Assembly (NCBI GenBank): GCA_963662335.2
Contig: CAXXVD010000005.1
Coordinates: 64,001-128,000 of the forward strand
Origin: Chloroflexota bacterium
GTDB taxonomy: Bacteria > Chloroflexota > UBA11872 > VXOZ01
Length of the DNA: 64,000 nt
Direction: 5' to 3'
Within the stretch, counting starts at the first letter, position 1. Each line of letters begins with the position of its first letter. The notes under the pieces are model-generated. The model searched no databases. It saw only the letters and a program-made list of their open reading frames with translations, and was not told the DNA's origin. The translations under genes were made by a program, and so were the position numbers. Of this stretch, positions 61,128 through 64,000 are shown piece by piece.

Positions 61128-62588
61128 CTACTCTTCCAGCACCCAAAGGTCTTTACCGCCTCCTCCTTGACTAGAATTGACGACCAAGCTGCCCCGGCGC
61201 AAGGCAACGCGGCAGAACGCGCCGGGCACGATGCGAGTCTCGCGACCATGCAGCACGAAAGGACGCAAATCCACGTGGCGCGGTTCGAAGCGGCCATCGA
61301 TGAAGCACGGCGCTCGCGAGAGCGCGAGCACGGGCTGCGCGATGAAGCCGGCGGGGTCCGCGCGCACCTGCTCGGCGTACTCTTCACGCTCCTGGGGCGT
61401 CGCATGGGGGCCGATCAACATGCCGTAGCCCCCGGATTCGCCGACGCGCTTGACCACCAGGTCTTGCAGATTGTCCAGGGTGTACTCCAGGTCTTCGCGG
61501 TGGCGGCAGAGATAGGTCTGCACGTTCGCCAGAATCGGCTCCTCGTTGAGGTAGTACCGTATCATGTGCGGCACGTAGGCGTAGACACTCTTATCATCCG
61601 CCACGCCGGTGCCGGGGGCGTTCACGAGGGCGACGTTGCCAAGTTTATAGGCGTGCAGCAGGCCCGGCACGCCCAACAGGGAGTCCGGGCGGAAAGCCAA
61701 CGGATCGATGAAGTCGTCGTCCACGCGCCGGTAGACCACGTCCACGCGCCGCAGTCCGGTGGTAGTGCGCATGTAGACGAAGCCGTTGTTGACCAGCAGG
61801 TCCCGGCCCTCCACGAGTTCCGCGCCAATCTCGCGGGCCAGGAACATGTGCTCGTAGAAGGCGGAGTTATAGACCCCGGGCGTCAGCAGCACGATGGTGG
61901 GGTCGGACTGGCCGTTGGGCGCGAGTTCGCGCAGGGTCGTCTGCAGCACCTGGCCGTAGTTCTCGATCTCCCGCACGCGAGACCTGCGGTAGAAGCGTCT
62001 CATGCTCTTCTTGACCGCCTCCCGGTTCGCGAGCATGTAGGAAACGCCGGAAGGCACGCGCAGATTGTCTTCCAGCACGCGAAAGCCGTCGTTCGTGCGA
62101 ACGATGTCGGTGCCGCAAATTGCCACCCAGGTGCCGTGCGGCGCGGAAAAGTCGCGCATCTCGACCCGGTACTGGGGACAGCCGCGCACCATGTCCACGG
62201 GGATGACACCGTCATGGACGATGGCGGGCTCGCCATAGAGGTCTTTGGCGCGGGAAGGCCCGTAGACGTCATCCAGAAAGAGATTGAGCGCCTTCAGGCG
62301 TTGGGTCAGTCCCGCCTCGATGTGCCGCCACTCGGCGTTCGACAGCAAGCGGGGCAACGAGTCAATTGGTATGATCCGCTCTTCGGCTTCCTCATCGCCA
62401 TAGACCGTAAAGGTGATACCCTCATTCAAGAAGGAGCGCGAGACTCGCTCCTGGATGCTGTTCAGTTCCTCGGCCGGCAGGCGCGCCAGGAAATCATAGA
62501 GGTCTTGGCAGTGTTCCCGCGGCGAGCCGTCCGGCAAGAACATCTCATCGTAGATGTCGGTGTCGAGGCTATAGTTCTCAAAGTCCAC
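61128..62588 (-). CDS. Circularly permuted type 2 ATP-grasp protein
   Basis: GITFTVY, VLEDNLRVPSGVSY, NSAFYEH, YRRVDDDF, GVADDK, HVDLRPF, VNSSQGGGGKD; start approximate. Confidence 0.94.
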   Translation of the reverse strand: MDFENYSLDTDIYDEMFLPDGSPREHCQDLYDFLARLPAEELNSIQERVSRSFLNEGITFTVYGDEEAEERIIPIDSLPRLLSNAEWRHIEAGLTQRLKALNLFLDDVYGPSRAKDLYGEPAIVHDGVIPVDMVRGCPQYRVEMRDFSAPHGTWVAICGTDIVRTNDGFRVLEDNLRVPSGVSYMLANREAVKKSMRRFYRRSRVREIENYGQVLQTTLRELAPNGQSDPTIVLLTPGVYNSAFYEHMFLAREIGAELVEGRDLLVNNGFVYMRTTTGLRRVDVVYRRVDDDFIDPLAFRPDSLLGVPGLLHAYKLGNVALVNAPGTGVADDKSVYAYVPHMIRYYLNEEPILANVQTYLCRHREDLEYTLDNLQDLVVKRVGESGGYGMLIGPHATPQEREEYAEQVRADPAGFIAQPVLALSRAPCFIDGRFEPRHVDLRPFVLHGRETRIVPGAFCRVALRRGSLVVNSSQGGGGKDLWVLEE

Positions 62589-62654
62589 GGCAATAACCCA
62601 TGTGCCAAGAGGCAATTGGCGCTGCGCGCGCACGCGGGATGCCAGCCAAGCGCG

Positions 62655-64000
62655 CTATACTTCGACCGGCGCTTCCTCAGCGTCTTCTGACATGACCACT
62701 GGAGTCAGGGGTATCTCAATAGTCATCTCGGTAAACTCACCGGGGTCGGATTCGACCCGGATGGAGCCGCCGTGCCGGCGCACGATGTCACTGGACATCG
62801 CAAGCCCGAGGCCCGTGCCTTGATCGGTGGGCTTGGTGGTAAAGAAGGGATTGAAGATCTTCTCGATTACGTCCGGCGGAATGCCCGTGCCGTTGTCCTT
62901 GATGCGGACTTCGGCGAACTCGTCGCCGCGCCGGGTGGAAAGCCAGACGGTCGGGCTGTAGTCCGCGCCGCCGTCGGCCTGCTCGATGGCGCGCCGCCGC
63001 TCGTCGGTGGCGTCGCAGGCGTTGCTTACCATGTTCAAGAACACGCGCGCCATGTCCTGGGGCACGACTTCCACCTCGCCCAGTTCCGGGTCCAGGTCCT
63101 GCTTCAGGTCCAGTTGGAAGTTTGTATCGGTGGCGCGCTTGCTGTGGTAGGCCAGGCGGGCGTGCTCGTCGAGCAGGTGGTTGATATTTGTGGGAATCTG
63201 CCCGCTGGAGCCGCGGCCCATGGAAAGCATGTCGTGCACGATGCGGTTGGCGCGTTCGCCGTGGGTGCGGATACGCTCCAGGTTGCCGGAAAGGTCGCCC
63301 GATATTTCCTCGATGTACGACTTGTCGTCCGGGCTCAATTCGCCATCGCTCTCTTCAAGTATTTCCTTCAACTCATCGAGCAGATCCTCGGAGGCCTCCG
63401 AGAAGTTCTTCACGAAGTTGAGCGGGTTCTTGATTTCGTGCGCCACGCCCGCGGTGAGTTCACCGAGCGCGGCCAGTTTCTCCCGCATGACGATCTGGTC
63501 CTGGGCCTTGCGCAGGTCGGCCAGCACGCTTTCCAGTTCACCGTTCTTATCCTGCAACTCGTTTGCCAGCTTTTCTACCAGGTTGAGGCGTTGCACTTCC
63601 AAGGCGTGGCGGCGGAAGACTTCAAGGGCCGCGGCCATCTCCGCCACCTCGTCCCGGCCGCTAATTTCCACCTGGGCCTCCAGATCGCCGCCGGCCATGT
63701 TGCGCATCCAATTGGAGAGCATCTCGATGCGGTGCACCACCACCCGGCCCACGAAGAGCCACACGATCAGAAGCGCGCCGGCGATGCTGACCACGCCGAT
63801 GGCGAGCAGCAGCAGCCGGGCGGTGAGAATGGCCTGCGTGGAGGCTTGGCTGGCATCCGCCACGCTCTCCCGCGCCGCGTTCACCAGGCCTTCCACTTCG
63901 CCGAGAAGCTCGTTGGCCAGGTCGTTATTGCTTGCCAGCAGGTCGTTCTGGTGCGCTTCCAGGCGCAACTGCATGGCGCGCACCTCCAGCACGCTCTTCA
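62655..64000 (-). CDS. HAMP-domain sensor histidine kinase (5' end beyond the window)
   Basis: TM plus HAMP, EKLAALGELTAGVAHEIKNPLNF, NACDA, DNGTG, FFTTKP, GTGLGL. Confidence 0.93.
   Translation of the reverse strand, partial: KSVLEVRAMQLRLEAHQNDLLASNNDLANELLGEVEGLVNAARESVADASQASTQAILTARLLLLAIGVVSIAGALLIVWLFVGRVVVHRIEMLSNWMRNMAGGDLEAQVEISGRDEVAEMAAALEVFRRHALEVQRLNLVEKLANELQDKNGELESVLADLRKAQDQIVMREKLAALGELTAGVAHEIKNPLNFVKNFSEASEDLLDELKEILEESDGELSPDDKSYIEEISGDLSGNLERIRTHGERANRIVHDMLSMGRGSSGQIPTNINHLLDEHARLAYHSKRATDTNFQLDLKQDLDPELGEVEVVPQDMARVFLNMVSNACDATDERRRAIEQADGGADYSPTVWLSTRRGDEFAEVRIKDNGTGIPPDVIEKIFNPFFTTKPTDQGTGLGLAMSSDIVRRHGGSIRVESDPGEFTEMTIEIPLTPVVMSEDAEEAPVEV

Noticed and set aside
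61100-61135. Repeated GAGTAG on the minus strand after the ATP-grasp stop
   Set aside because: Very short, low-complexity repeat; probably local slippage, and no function is supportable.

Overview
GC-rich bacterial chromosome segment, most likely from a Chloroflexota organism. The taxonomy is inferred from the Chloroflexi-type 'YFxxTGH..FGYP..VQYFQRARFEYHP' surface repeats, the PspA/PspAA pair, HspR and several Tat lipoproteins. Left third: an amidase, a HAIR-controlled lon-dnaK-grpE-dnaJ-hspR-clp heat-shock operon, aspS, and an envelope-stress cluster (MprAB-like two-component system, HtrA, BON protein, PspA/PspAA). Middle: transport and metabolic genes with four dispersed tRNAs (Leu-CAA, Trp-CCA, Lys-TTT, Leu-TAG). 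After tRNA-Leu(TAG) comes an ~11 kb defence-like region. It holds two small-protein/clan-AA aspartic protease cassettes around a Fic gene plus a Fic remnant, an AT-richer dcm / ParB-like / putative nuclease / vsr operon, and a Type IIG restriction-modification enzyme with REP-like repeats inserted in frame. Right end: a circularly permuted ATP-grasp / alpha-E / transglutaminase operon with an ammonium transporter inside it, downstream of a histidine kinase. Intergenic DNA carries at least five or six families of short palindromic REP-like repeats. No CRISPR array, rRNA, integrase or transposase was found. Best candidates for an undescribed system: dcm-ParB-nuclease-vsr, the Amt-containing peptide-ligase operon, and the protease/Fic cassettes. 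All calls come from motif recognition by eye; no database searches were run.
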